Positions 9,137 to 20,911 of a stretch of DNA of 64,000 nt are shown one piece after another. Origin of the DNA: an uncultured Acidobacteriota bacterium (lineage in GTDB: Bacteria > Acidobacteriota > JAQAZP01); NCBI GenBank assembly GCA_963836075.1, contig CAWIIB010000009.1, forward strand, positions 2,528,001 to 2,592,000. Direction: 5' to 3'. The notes beneath the pieces were generated by a model. That model was not told the DNA's origin. It did not search any database and saw nothing but the letters and a program-made list of their open reading frames with translations. The position numbers and the translations under genes are program-made. Positions within the stretch are counted from its first letter, which is position 1. Each line of letters begins with the position of its first letter.

Positions 9137-10480
9137 ATGCAGCTGATCAAGGATACAAATATCGATTTCCTCGGCAAGCGATACATTGCGCTTGTCATCT
9201 CCACCATCCTCATCGTCGCCGGCATCGTTTCGCTGGTGACCAAGGGCGGCCCGAACTACGGCATCGATTTTGCCGGAGGAACCGAGGTGCGCGTGCGTTT
9301 CGCCGCCGCGCCCGATGTCTCCCGGATGCGCGAGACCCTCTCCGGTCTCGGGTTGGGCGAGGTGGTCATCCAGACCTTCAGCAGCGGTGAAGGGATCCAC
9401 GAGATCCTGATCCGGGTGGAGAAGATCGAGGAGAATCTCGAGGAGGACGGCGGTGAGGGCGGGCACATCGCCGCCGCCATCATCGACGCCCTGCGCAGCG
9501 ACGAGGAGAAGAGCCTTCTGGACCAGGGGTTGGTGGACCTCAACCAGTCGGGTCGTGACACGGTGAACTCGCTGCTCCTCAGCTCCTTCTCCGCCGAGGG
9601 TGAGGAACCGGCCGCCGCGGAGGAGCCGGTGGTTGCGGAGGAACCGGCTGCCGCTCCGCAGGATGCGGCCGACGAGGAGGCGACGGCGGAATCGGATCCC
9701 TCGAGCCTGCTCTACACCGCCGACGACCTGGCGCTGGAAGAGAGCGGAACGGAACTGGTGACCGGTTCGAAATCGGCCCGCGAGCTGGCCGCGGCGATCA
9801 TCGACCACCGCGACCACACCGGCGGCCTGCTCACCTCCCTCGACGAGCTGCGGGCGATCCCCGGGATGAGCGAGCGGGCCATGCGGGCCCTGGAGGAAAG
9901 AGCGTTCATGGGGCCGTTTGCCGTGGTGGGGGTGGACTTTGTCGGCCCCACCGTGGGCTATGACCTGCGGGGCAAGGCGATCCAGGCCATCGTCTGGAGC
10001 CTCATCGGCATCCTGGCCTACATCACCTTCCGCTTCAAGTTCCACTGGGGCATCGGCGCGGTGGCGGCGCTGTTCCACGACGTGATGATAACGGTGGGCA
10101 TTTTCTCCATCTTCAACAAAGAGTTCAACCTCACCGTGATCGCGGGGTTGTTGACCATTGTCGGCTACTCGCTCAATGACACCATCGTTGTTTTTGACCG
10201 GATACGGGACAATCTCAAGGCGATGCGCCGCAGCCCGTTCCCCGACATCGTCAACACCAGCATCAACCAGACCCTCAGCCGGACCCTGCTCACCTCGTTG
10301 ACCACCATGCTGGTGGTGCTCTCGCTGCTCTTTCTCGGCGGGCAGGTGATCCACAATTTTGCTTTTGCCCTGATGGTGGGTGTGATCACCGGCACCTACT
10401 CCTCGATCTTTGTCGCCAGCCCGATTCTGGCGTTCTGGCAAAAGGTCCTCGACAAGCGCTCCCGCCCCGGGAACAAGTAG
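9137..10480 (+). CDS. secF: Protein translocase subunit SecF with an inserted ComEA-like helix-hairpin-helix region
   Basis: GIDFAGG, ALFHDV, GYSLNDTIVVFDRIR and TLSRTLLTS motifs. At 447 aa it is longer than a typical SecF of about 300 aa. Confidence 0.95.
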   Translation: MQLIKDTNIDFLGKRYIALVISTILIVAGIVSLVTKGGPNYGIDFAGGTEVRVRFAAAPDVSRMRETLSGLGLGEVVIQTFSSGEGIHEILIRVEKIEENLEEDGGEGGHIAAAIIDALRSDEEKSLLDQGLVDLNQSGRDTVNSLLLSSFSAEGEEPAAAEEPVVAEEPAAAPQDAADEEATAESDPSSLLYTADDLALEESGTELVTGSKSARELAAAIIDHRDHTGGLLTSLDELRAIPGMSERAMRALEERAFMGPFAVVGVDFVGPTVGYDLRGKAIQAIVWSLIGILAYITFRFKFHWGIGAVAALFHDVMITVGIFSIFNKEFNLTVIAGLLTIVGYSLNDTIVVFDRIRDNLKAMRRSPFPDIVNTSINQTLSRTLLTSLTTMLVVLSLLFLGGQVIHNFAFALMVGVITGTYSSIFVASPILAFWQKVLDKRSRPGNK

Positions 10481-10505
10481 TTCCGGACACCATGGGACAC
10501 CGGCC

Positions 10506-10536
10506 GGCAACGCCCCGGACATTCCGGGGCGTTGCC
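10506..10536. repeat. Perfect 14-bp inverted repeat (stem-loop) between secF and rel
   Basis: GGCAACGCCCCGGA-cat-TCCGGGGCGTTGCC. There is no U-tract, so it may be a stabilising or processing hairpin rather than a classic terminator. Confidence 0.7.
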
Positions 10537-10625
10537 ATGTCGGGGCGCGGGGCCCTATATTAGTTTCCATGTGTTGATGCGCCCGGGCCCGGCCGGGGTG
10601 CCGCTGCGGGCGGCGGGGAGCGGTC

Positions 10626-12800
<2,175 letters not shown>

Positions 12801-12819
12801 TGAAAATGCGCCCCTGCTC

Positions 12820-12848
12820 TTGACAAATCCGGTCCATTGACCTAATCT
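12820..12848 (+). promoter_or_regulatory. Sigma70-type promoter
   Basis: TTGACA-N17-TAATCT. Confidence 0.75.
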
Positions 12849-12854
12849 TTTACG

Positions 12855-13048
12855 CAAGCAGTACCACTTATTACAGTATCAGGGGTGAACGCAAGCGGCG
12901 TGACCGGTGCCGGGCGTACGGTTCTGGCGCGCACTTCCTCCCGTCCCGGGAGGCGATGAGGTGAACGTGCAACCGGGAGTCTGGCAACCCCACGCCGCGA
13001 CCGGTCGTTAATGATTGTTCAGGCCGCCACCAGGGCGGCTTTTTGTTT
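12855..13048 (+). ncRNA. Candidate structured ncRNA of about 190 nt (6S-like rod, or a ridA leader)
   Basis: Bounded by a promoter and an intrinsic terminator. Nested helices: GCGGCGTG/CACGCCGC, TGCCGGGC/GTCTGGCA, CGGTT/AACCG, GCGCG/CGTGC, CACTTC/GAGGTG, CTCCCG/CGGGAG. Confidence 0.55.
13023..13048 (+). terminator. Intrinsic terminator
   Basis: GCCGCC-accag-GGCGGC followed by TTTTTGTTT. Confidence 0.75.
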
Positions 13049-13103
13049 GGCCGGCGGTCGTTCGGAGGGACGGAGCCGGCGAACAGGAAAGTGAAAAGAG
13101 CAG

Positions 13104-13505
13104 ATGGAACGACAGGCCGTACAGACTGAACGGGCACCCCAGGCCATCGGGCCTTACTCCCAGGCGGTTCGCGCCGGATCACTGCTCTTTTTGTCCGGCC
13201 AGATCGGCCTGGACCCGGACAGCGGCCAGATGGCCGGCGGGGGCGTGGCCGCGCAGATGCACCAGGTGCTGAAGAATATCGCCGCGGTGCTCGAGGCGGG
13301 CGGTTCCGGAATTGACCGGGTGGTCAAGTCCACGATCTACCTGCGCCGGATGACCGACTTTCCCGAGGTCAACGCGATCTACGGCGAGGCCTTCCAGCCG
13401 CCGTATCCCGCGCGGGCCACGGTGGCGGCTGCCGGACTGCCGCTGGATGCCGAGGTGGAGATGGATGTGATCGCCATCGCGGACAGCTCGGTGGCGCAGG
13501 AATAG
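13104..13505 (+). CDS. ridA: RidA/YjgF family reactive imine deaminase
   Basis: APQAIGPYSQA, SGQI, PARA and VEMD motifs. Confidence 0.93.
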   Translation: MERQAVQTERAPQAIGPYSQAVRAGSLLFLSGQIGLDPDSGQMAGGGVAAQMHQVLKNIAAVLEAGGSGIDRVVKSTIYLRRMTDFPEVNAIYGEAFQPPYPARATVAAAGLPLDAEVEMDVIAIADSSVAQE

Positions 13506-13587
13506 TGGCGATCAAATGACGGAGACGGAGAAGACCCAGGTGAAACGGAAGGACATGCAGCGGTGGGTCGGGGGCCAGGGAAGGACG

Positions 13588-13779
13588 TCAGACGGCCTTC
13601 TGGATTTTTCCCGAACGAATGCACCGGGTGCACACCTTCATCCGGCGGGTGCTTCCGTTGACGTTCACTTTGATCCGCTGCAGGTTGGGATTCCAGCGGC
13701 GGTTGGTCACGTTGTGGGCGTGGCTCACGTTGTGGCCGAACATCGGTTTCTTTCCACAGACTTCGCAAACTCGGGCCAT
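13588..13779 (-). CDS. rpmB: 50S ribosomal protein L28
   Basis: [10 protein letters not shown]...[17 protein letters not shown]...VCTRC (zinc-binding C+ form). Confidence 0.97.
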   Translation of the reverse strand: MARVCEVCGKKPMFGHNVSHAHNVTNRRWNPNLQRIKVNVNGSTRRMKVCTRCIRSGKIQKAV

Positions 13780-14074
13780 GATCCTGCTCCTCGAATCAAA
13801 TTCTCCTCACTGTCAAAACAAGATGCGCAATCTAGCACAACCGGGTGGGCCAAATCAAGTCCGCAACCAGGGGGAGCGGCGGGGCCATTTTTTCGTCTCA
13901 ACCGCCGCGGCGCGAATGCCGATAAAGAGGGCCATGCAGCACAGTTCGCGGTGCGCCCGAGGCACGAAAACCGAAATACAAGATCTGAGAGGCGTCCGCC
14001 GGCCGTCCGGGGCGGCCGTCCCGGTGCAGTTCCGGTGGCGGCTCGGGCCTTTCTGAACAAAACGGGGGACTTCC

Positions 14075-15142
14075 GTGCTTAGCAAAAGAGGAAAACGTCT
14101 GGTGGGGCTGGATATTGGTTCCGACTCCATTAAGGTCGTCCAGTTGAAACCCCTGGGCAAGGGAGGATCCTATCAACTGGTCGGCTTTGGTATGGAGCCG
14201 CTTCCCCCCGAGGCCATCGTCGATGGATCGATCCTCGACTCGGGCACTGTGGCGGAGGCGATCCAGCGGGTATTCGGCGAGAACAAGATCCGGTTGGGCG
14301 ATGTGGCCATCTCCCTCTCCGGCCACTCGGTGATCATCAAGAAGATCAATCTTCCCTCGATGAGCCCCGAGGAACTGGCCGAGTCGATCCAGTGGGAGGC
14401 CGAGCAGTACATCCCCTTCGACATTGCCGATGTCAACATGGACTACCAGGTGCTGAAGAGCCAGTCCAAGGAGGGCCAGGACGTGATGGACGTCCTGCTG
14501 GTGGCGGTGAAGAAGGACAAGATCAACGACTACCTCAGCGTGGTCGGCGAGGCGGGCAAGACCACCACCGTGGTTGACGTCGACGTCTTCGCCCTGCTCA
14601 ACGCCTACGAGGCCAACTACACGCCCGAGCGGGACAAGGCGGTGGCACTGGTCAACATTGGTTCGGCGGTGACCAATATCGGTATCGTCGAGGACGGTCA
14701 GGCCGTCTTCTGGCGGGACGTCACCGTGGGCGGGTCGCTCTATTCCGAGGCCATTCAGCGGGAACTGGGTTTGAGCTACGACCAGGCGGAGAGCCTCAAG
14801 CGGGGGGTCCAGGTGGAGGGCGTCTCCCTGCACTCCGCCGTTCCGGTGCTGCAGTCGGTGTCCGAGGAGATCGGCGCCGAGGTGGAAAAGACACTCAACT
14901 TCTTCAAAACCACCTCGTCATGCGAGCGGATCGACAAGATCTACCTCAGCGGCGGTGCGGCACGGACGATCAACCTCGATCAGTATCTGGGCGAGCGGTT
15001 CAACACCGAGGTGGATTTCCTCAACCCCTTCCGGGAGGTGAAATTCACCCCGAAACAGTTTGACGGCGATTACCTGGAGGAGGTTGCCCCCAGCGCCGCC
15101 GTCGCCATGGGGCTGGCTCTGAGAAAGGCTGGAGATAAATGA
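14075..15142 (+). CDS. pilM: Type IV pilus assembly protein PilM
   Basis: VGLDIGSDSIK, WEAEQYIPF and IYLSGG motifs of the actin-like fold. Confidence 0.95.
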   Translation: MLSKRGKRLVGLDIGSDSIKVVQLKPLGKGGSYQLVGFGMEPLPPEAIVDGSILDSGTVAEAIQRVFGENKIRLGDVAISLSGHSVIIKKINLPSMSPEELAESIQWEAEQYIPFDIADVNMDYQVLKSQSKEGQDVMDVLLVAVKKDKINDYLSVVGEAGKTTTVVDVDVFALLNAYEANYTPERDKAVALVNIGSAVTNIGIVEDGQAVFWRDVTVGGSLYSEAIQRELGLSYDQAESLKRGVQVEGVSLHSAVPVLQSVSEEIGAEVEKTLNFFKTTSSCERIDKIYLSGGAARTINLDQYLGERFNTEVDFLNPFREVKFTPKQFDGDYLEEVAPSAAVAMGLALRKAGDK

Positions 15143-15690
15143 TCAAGATCAACCTGCTCACGGAGAAGATCACGACCGCGCGGGCCTCCACCAGGGCGCC
15201 CGGCTCCGCCAGCCGGAATCTGATCTTCGCAATCATCGGTGTGCTCACCCTGGCGTACATCGGCTGGCAGTGGTACTCGTACAACTCCACGCTGAGCAAG
15301 CTGGATACCGACATCGCCCAGGCGCGGGAAGAGAAAGAGCGACTGCAGAAAATCATCCGGCAGGTGGAGGAGTTCGACGCCAAAAAGCAGGAACTGAGCC
15401 AGAAGATCGACATCATCAGCGATCTGAAGAAAAAGCAGTCCGGGCCGGTGCACCTGCTGGACGAAGTGAGCAAAGCGCTGCCCAACCTGGTCTGGCTCAC
15501 CTCCATCATCGAACGGGGCGACCGGATAGCGGTGGACGGCGAATCGATAACCTACAACGCGGTGGCCGACTTTATCGAAAACCTGCGGCGCTCGCAGTAT
15601 GTGGACGCGCCTGACCTGGCCAATTCGATAGAGCAGGGGGGGACCGTGGCCTTCAACGTCACGTTCCGCTTCCGGCAGCCCGGGGAGTAA
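15139..15690 (+). CDS. pilN: Type IV pilus assembly protein PilN
   Basis: MIKINLL motif, TM segment, coiled coil, LPNLVWLTSI. Confidence 0.93.
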   Translation: MIKINLLTEKITTARASTRAPGSASRNLIFAIIGVLTLAYIGWQWYSYNSTLSKLDTDIAQAREEKERLQKIIRQVEEFDAKKQELSQKIDIISDLKKKQSGPVHLLDEVSKALPNLVWLTSIIERGDRIAVDGESITYNAVADFIENLRRSQYVDAPDLANSIEQGGTVAFNVTFRFRQPGE

Positions 15691-15695
15691 ACAGG

Positions 15696-16253
15696 ATGGA
15701 ATCATTAAAGAATATGTCGCCCGGTGTCCAGTTCGCTGTGGTGCTGGGCGTCTGCGCCACCCTGCTCCTCATCTGCTGGTGGATGCTCTTCAAGGGCCAG
15801 AAGGCGGAGATCGAGACCAAGCAGGCGGAGCTGGAGTCGCTGCAGTTGGAGATCAACAAAGCCAATTCGCTGAAAAAACAGCTCCAGGAATTCGAGGTCG
15901 AACTGGTGGCGCTGCAGCGCAAGCTCGACACGCTGGTCAAGATCCTGCCGGCGGAGAAGGACGTGGAGGTGCTCATCCGACGGGTGGAGAACCAGGCCCG
16001 GCAGTCGAACCTGGTGGTCAAGCAGTTCGATCCCCAGGAGATCGTGAGCCACGATTTCTATGCCGATTGGCCAATCAGTATCAGTCTCCAGGGCAGCTAC
16101 CACAACCTGGCCCTGTTCTACGACCGGATCAGCCGATTCGACAGGATTATCAATGTCACCGGCCTGAACATGCAGGCCTTGAAGGAGCGTGCTTCTCCCT
16201 CGCACACGGTGTCGGCCCAGTTCATGGCCACCACCTTCGTGTTTCTCGATTAG
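15696..16253 (+). CDS. pilO: Type IV pilus assembly protein PilO
   Basis: TM segment plus coiled coil, ILPAEKDV, FYADWPI and GSYHNLALF...RIINV motifs. Confidence 0.93.
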   Translation: MESLKNMSPGVQFAVVLGVCATLLLICWWMLFKGQKAEIETKQAELESLQLEINKANSLKKQLQEFEVELVALQRKLDTLVKILPAEKDVEVLIRRVENQARQSNLVVKQFDPQEIVSHDFYADWPISISLQGSYHNLALFYDRISRFDRIINVTGLNMQALKERASPSHTVSAQFMATTFVFLD

Positions 16254-16305
16254 GGGGATCCACTCAACATCCGGCCCGGTTTACCGGGCAGGCCTGGGGG
16301 ATAAC

Positions 16306-16839
16306 ATGGTGCTTCGAAAAAAATCAGGTGGGTTTGCAACACTCTTCATTGCCTCCCTGGCCCTGTTGTCGGTCCTCGGCTTCTGCTGGCCGCTGGCCGC
16401 CCAGGAGGGAGAGGCGGAGGCGCCTCCGGCCGTGGAAGAGCCCGAGGCGGCGCTGGAACCGGCCGCCGAACCGGTGGTGGAGAACCAGGCGCCTTACGCC
16501 TACAACGTTGCCGGCAGGCGGGACCCTTTCAAGTCCCTCCTCGAGCGGAATACCGATGCCGGAACCAAGCGGCCGGAAGGTCTGCCGGGGGTCGCAATTT
16601 CGGAAATCGACGTGCTGGGTGTGGTGGGCCGGTCCGACGGCTCATACGTGGCGATCATCAAGGGCGCCAGCAATGAATCGTTTACCATTCGCGCGGGCGA
16701 CCGTCTCTTCGACGGCGAAGTGATGGAGATCCAGACGGACCGTGTTCTGTTCCGCCAACGGATCAACGACCCCACGCTGCCGAGAAACTTCAGAGAAATC
16801 AGTATCCTGCTGAACCCCGACGAGGAGGGCAATCGATGA
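16306..16839 (+). CDS. pilP: Type IV pilus assembly protein PilP
   Basis: Signal peptide, YNVAGRRDPF motif, position between pilO and pilQ. Confidence 0.85.
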   Translation: MVLRKKSGGFATLFIASLALLSVLGFCWPLAAQEGEAEAPPAVEEPEAALEPAAEPVVENQAPYAYNVAGRRDPFKSLLERNTDAGTKRPEGLPGVAISEIDVLGVVGRSDGSYVAIIKGASNESFTIRAGDRLFDGEVMEIQTDRVLFRQRINDPTLPRNFREISILLNPDEEGNR

Positions 16840-19619
16840 GAAACCTTTGTCTGGTACTGGCGGTCTGCATCGTTCTGGTGCTGCCCGCCTGCTCCCTCAA
16901 GCACGGCGCCGTGGACCCGGTCCCGGCTGCTGCGACAGAGGGGGGGCGTGTCGTCCTGACAGATTTCAACTACCTGGACGAGGGGGATCGGACGCGGGTC
17001 ATCATCGAGTCGAATCTTCCTTATGACTTCACCACCTACAACGCCCGGGAAGACCTCTTCGTGCTGGAAATGTCCGAGGTGGACACCGATGCCATGCCCG
17101 AGGAGATCGCCGTGGAGTCCCGGGCGGTGGACTCGGTCCGGGTCGTCCGGGTGCCTGAAGAGGCGGGACGCTCGATGAGCAGGGTGGAATTCCACCTCAG
17201 CAATCCCCAGGCAGTGGATGTGCTGGTGGAGGGGAACCAGCTCTACCTCGACTTCTCCGCTTCTGAGCGGCCGGTGCTCGCGGCCACCAATACCGAGGTG
17301 GCGATCACCGAGGAAGCCCACTATGCCGACCATTCGGATGCCGATCTCGAATTCGGCGATGTCGCCGGGCTGGAGTCTCCGGTGGAGAAGTCTCCGCTGG
17401 TGACCGCCAGCGAGACCACGCCGTTGCCGGCGCCGGTGGAAATCGCAAGCCTCGAGGAGCCGGCGGCCCGGGAAAGCGCGCCGCCGGCCCTGACCGCCCC
17501 GCCACCCGCGGCGTCATGGGAAGAGCCGCTGAGGCCTGCCGCAGTGGTCAGCCTCATCGAAGCGGATGTGGAAGGGGACACGGTGACCGTTGCCGTGGCT
17601 GGCGACGGCCGGTTGGCCTGCGATCCCTTTGAGCTGCCCACACCACACCGGCTGGTGCTCGATTTCAGCGGCACGGTAAACCAGGTCAGCAGCCCGGTGC
17701 TGGAGTTGGAGAGCGACCACCTGTTCCGGGTCAGGGTCGCCCAGTTCCAGCACGAGCCGGTGCCGATCACCCGGGTGGTGATGGACCTCAAGGCCGGACC
17801 GGCTGACTACCGCATCGTCGAACGGGGCAGCAGGGTGCTGATCCTCTTCGGTGACGCCATCGATGTCGACCATTCGTCCCGGGAAGAGTTCCCCGGCGAG
17901 CCCCCGGTGGCGGTGGCGGAGGTCATCACTCCGGAGCTGGAGGAACCCGTTGTTGACGCGGAACCGGTGGACACGGTGGATGAAGTCCCGGCCGGTCTTC
18001 CGCCGGCTGAAGAGCCCGTGGTGCAAACGGCGGCCGTGATCGATGAGGACCCGTGGGAGACGGACGCGGCATTCAGCGAGCCCGCGGCGGAAGAGGCGGC
18101 CGTGGAACTGGCGATGGCCGCCGACCCTGAACCGGCCGCGGACGAAGATTTTGCGCCGCCGGTCACCACCCTGGCCGACGACGGTTCCTACTGGATCGAA
18201 AAAACCGAGGAAGCTGCGGCAGTGGAAGTGGCCGAGGCGGCCTTCCCCTTCGACGATGAACTGGACACCGGCGGAGCGGAGTATTTCGCCGCCAGCGGCG
18301 AGGAAGACCTCCAGGAACTCTTTGAAACAAAGACGATCACCGACGAGGCCAAGGGCTACACCGGTGAGCGGATCAGCTTCGAATTCACCGACGCTGACCT
18401 CCAGGCGGTCTTCTTCCTGCTGGCCGATATCAGCGGTGAGAACATCGTTCTCGACCCCTCGGTCCGGGGCAAGGTCTCGATCAAGCTTACCGACGTGCCG
18501 TGGGACCAGGCGCTGGATATCATTCTGCGCAACTTCAACCTCGGCCGGGTGCGGGAAAATAACGTGATCCGGATTGCCCCCACGTCCAAACTCTCCCAGG
18601 AGGAGAAGGAAACCCGCAAGCTGCGCGAGGAGAAGATGCTCAGCGTGCCGCTGATCACCAAGACCCGGGCGCTGAGCTACGCCAAGGCGTCGGAAGTCAG
18701 TCCGATCATCATCAAGAGCATGTCGCCGCGGGACGAAGTCACGGTAGACGAGCGGACCAACATGCTGATCATGAAGATGATCCCCGAGTCGGTGGATCTG
18801 GTGGAGCGGCTCCTCGACCTGCTCGACAGGCCCACACCGCAGGTGATGATCGAATCACGGATCGTGGAAACAACCAAGAGCTTCTCGCGGGCCTTTGGCA
18901 TTCAGTGGGGCTTCCTGGGCATGGCTGACGCCACCACCGGAACCACCACCAACTGGAATTTCCCCAATTCGATCCAGGCCAATGGCGCGGCAGTCTCCAG
19001 CACCCTCGAGCCGGGCATCGTCGGACCGCTGGGCGGCTACGCGGTGAACCTGCCGGCCACCAGTTTCAACAGTGGTTTCGGGCTCAGTCTGGGCAACATC
19101 CTCGACACCTTCCGCCTGGACATGGCGCTCACGGCCATGGAGGCCGACGGCCGGGGCAAGATCCTCTCCTCGCCCAAGGTGGCCACCCAGAACAACAAGA
19201 AGGCGGTCATCGAGAGCGGGACCCAGATCCCGGTGCAGACCACCGCCAACAACACCACCACCACCCAGTTCGTCACCGCGGCTTTGAAGCTGGAGGTGAC
19301 GCCCCAGATCACCGCCGATCAGACCATCATCATGGACGTGGTGGTGGACAAGAGCGCGCCCGATTTCGGGAACCTGGTGGGTGGTATACCGCCGATCCTG
19401 ACCCGCAAGGCGGAGGCGCAGGTGATGGTCAAGGATGGCGGAACCGCGGTGATCGGTGGGATTTTCCAGTGGCGCGAGGCGAACAACGAGGACCGGGTGC
19501 CGTTCTTCGGCAGCATCCCGGTTATCCGACACCTCTTCAGAAACAAGACGGTGACCAGTTCAAATGACGAATTGCTCCTTTTCCTTACGCCCCGAATCAT
19601 CAAGATCAAGGCGTACTGA
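16836..19619 (+). CDS. pilQ: Type IV pilus secretin PilQ (lipobox, two AMIN-like domains, long acidic linker)
   Basis: LPAC lipobox, RLVLDF/RVAQF AMIN motifs, YTGERISFEF, DVPWDQALD, QVMIESRIVE and VPFFGSIPVIRHLF secretin motifs. Confidence 0.96.
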   Translation: MRNLCLVLAVCIVLVLPACSLKHGAVDPVPAAATEGGRVVLTDFNYLDEGDRTRVIIESNLPYDFTTYNAREDLFVLEMSEVDTDAMPEEIAVESRAVDSVRVVRVPEEAGRSMSRVEFHLSNPQAVDVLVEGNQLYLDFSASERPVLAATNTEVAITEEAHYADHSDADLEFGDVAGLESPVEKSPLVTASETTPLPAPVEIASLEEPAARESAPPALTAPPPAASWEEPLRPAAVVSLIEADVEGDTVTVAVAGDGRLACDPFELPTPHRLVLDFSGTVNQVSSPVLELESDHLFRVRVAQFQHEPVPITRVVMDLKAGPADYRIVERGSRVLILFGDAIDVDHSSREEFPGEPPVAVAEVITPELEEPVVDAEPVDTVDEVPAGLPPAEEPVVQTAAVIDEDPWETDAAFSEPAAEEAAVELAMAADPEPAADEDFAPPVTTLADDGSYWIEKTEEAAAVEVAEAAFPFDDELDTGGAEYFAASGEEDLQELFETKTITDEAKGYTGERISFEFTDADLQAVFFLLADISGENIVLDPSVRGKVSIKLTDVPWDQALDIILRNFNLGRVRENNVIRIAPTSKLSQEEKETRKLREEKMLSVPLITKTRALSYAKASEVSPIIIKSMSPRDEVTVDERTNMLIMKMIPESVDLVERLLDLLDRPTPQVMIESRIVETTKSFSRAFGIQWGFLGMADATTGTTTNWNFPNSIQANGAAVSSTLEPGIVGPLGGYAVNLPATSFNSGFGLSLGNILDTFRLDMALTAMEADGRGKILSSPKVATQNNKKAVIESGTQIPVQTTANNTTTTQFVTAALKLEVTPQITADQTIIMDVVVDKSAPDFGNLVGGIPPILTRKAEAQVMVKDGGTAVIGGIFQWREANNEDRVPFFGSIPVIRHLFRNKTVTSSNDELLLFLTPRIIKIKAY

Positions 19620-19704
19620 ACCCGAGGAGCCGCACACGGCTCCGGGGACGGGAGATGAGGAAATGATGAAAGGACCTGGAAACAGAATGAAAAGGAGCAA
19701 CGCC

Positions 19705-20283
19705 ATGATTACAAGACGAGTGGCCCTTGTGGCATGCATCCTGTCGCTCATTGTACTGCCGGCCTGTAACGACAGCATCGATGACGTGGCGTCCCCGGTG
19801 TGGATCTCGGTCTCGTCCATCGAGCCCGCCAGCAGTCCCTTTGGTGACGTGTACGACAGCGAGCTGGGCAGTTTCATGCCCGACACGGTGAAGGTGTCGA
19901 TCACCGCGAACTACAGCAACCAGACCACACCACCCACCGGCACAGCCTATACCACCGTCCAGATCACCAGTTACCGGGTGACCTTTGCGCGGACCGATAA
20001 CGGGGTGGACGTGCCGGCGGGGTTCCAGGAGGCGCTTACCGTCTCGGTGGAAGCCGGGGGCGGCAGTGTGACGGTGGACGGCTTGACCATCGTCCGGGCG
20101 GGCCAGAAGCTGCAGCCGCCACTCTACTACCTGACCCCGTTCTCCTACGGTTTCGAGCCGGGCACCGGGTACACCACCATCTCCTGCAACTGCATCATCG
20201 ACTTCTACGGTCACACGCTGGCCGGCGAGCCGGTGTCGGCCAGTGCGGGCATCGGCATCAACTTTGCCGATTATGCGAACTAG
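19705..20283 (+). CDS. Hypothetical beta-rich lipoprotein
   Basis: AAGGAG RBS, lipobox LPAC, Thr/Val-rich beta-strand pattern. Confidence 0.75.
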   Translation: MITRRVALVACILSLIVLPACNDSIDDVASPVWISVSSIEPASSPFGDVYDSELGSFMPDTVKVSITANYSNQTTPPTGTAYTTVQITSYRVTFARTDNGVDVPAGFQEALTVSVEAGGGSVTVDGLTIVRAGQKLQPPLYYLTPFSYGFEPGTGYTTISCNCIIDFYGHTLAGEPVSASAGIGINFADYAN

Positions 20284-20400
20284 TTTTTGAGCGGGGGGCG
20301 GTGAAGCCGTGCCCCCTTTGGCCCGATACGAAAGACAGGGCGGAAAACAGACGCCTTCAACAGGAATCGGAAAATGAAATTAGTGCCAGGGGAGGCAATC

Positions 20401-20874
20401 ATGCAAAACTGGATCAGAGTGCTGCTCATCGGGCTGTGCCTTGTGGTCCCTGTCATCCTGCTCGGCTGTAGCAGTCTGGACAACGACACAGGGCCCACCG
20501 ACCCGGGTGGTGGTACAGGGAACAATCCGCCGGGTGGCGGACAGGCGTCTTTCAACATCAGCGTCACGGCCAATCCGCCAGTGCTGGAGGCCGACGGGCT
20601 GGATGTCTCCTTGATCACGGCCCACATCACCGATGCGGCCACCAACCGGAGGGTTCCCAACGGCACGGTGGTCACCGTGCACACCACCCTGGGACTGCTG
20701 AGCACCGGCGACCTCGGTGATGGGGAGCTGACCATCAGTCTGCTGGCCCTGAACGGCCGGGTGGACGCATACCTGTTCAGCGGTACCCGCGCCGGCACTG
20801 CGGTGGTCACCGCCAAGGTGGGGAACAGTACCGGCCACGTGAACGTTCCATTCGTGGCACCGCCGGTACCGTGA
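20401..20874 (+). CDS. Lipoprotein with a bacterial Ig-like (Big_1/invasin-type) domain
   Basis: Lipobox LLGC and the pattern TANPPVLEADG...SLITAHITD...VPNGTVV...TTLG...AGTAVVTA. Confidence 0.75.
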   Translation: MQNWIRVLLIGLCLVVPVILLGCSSLDNDTGPTDPGGGTGNNPPGGGQASFNISVTANPPVLEADGLDVSLITAHITDAATNRRVPNGTVVTVHTTLGLLSTGDLGDGELTISLLALNGRVDAYLFSGTRAGTAVVTAKVGNSTGHVNVPFVAPPVP

Positions 20875-20911
20875 TGTTCCAGCGGCTGTCCGCGGCCGGT
20901 GAGGAAGGCTG

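Noticed and set aside
12961-13011. 16-codon ORF (VNVQPGVWQPHAATGR) with GGAGG upstream, inside the ncRNA candidate
   Set aside because: No regulatory codon cluster, and the RBS is buried in the predicted rod. There is no support for a leader peptide.
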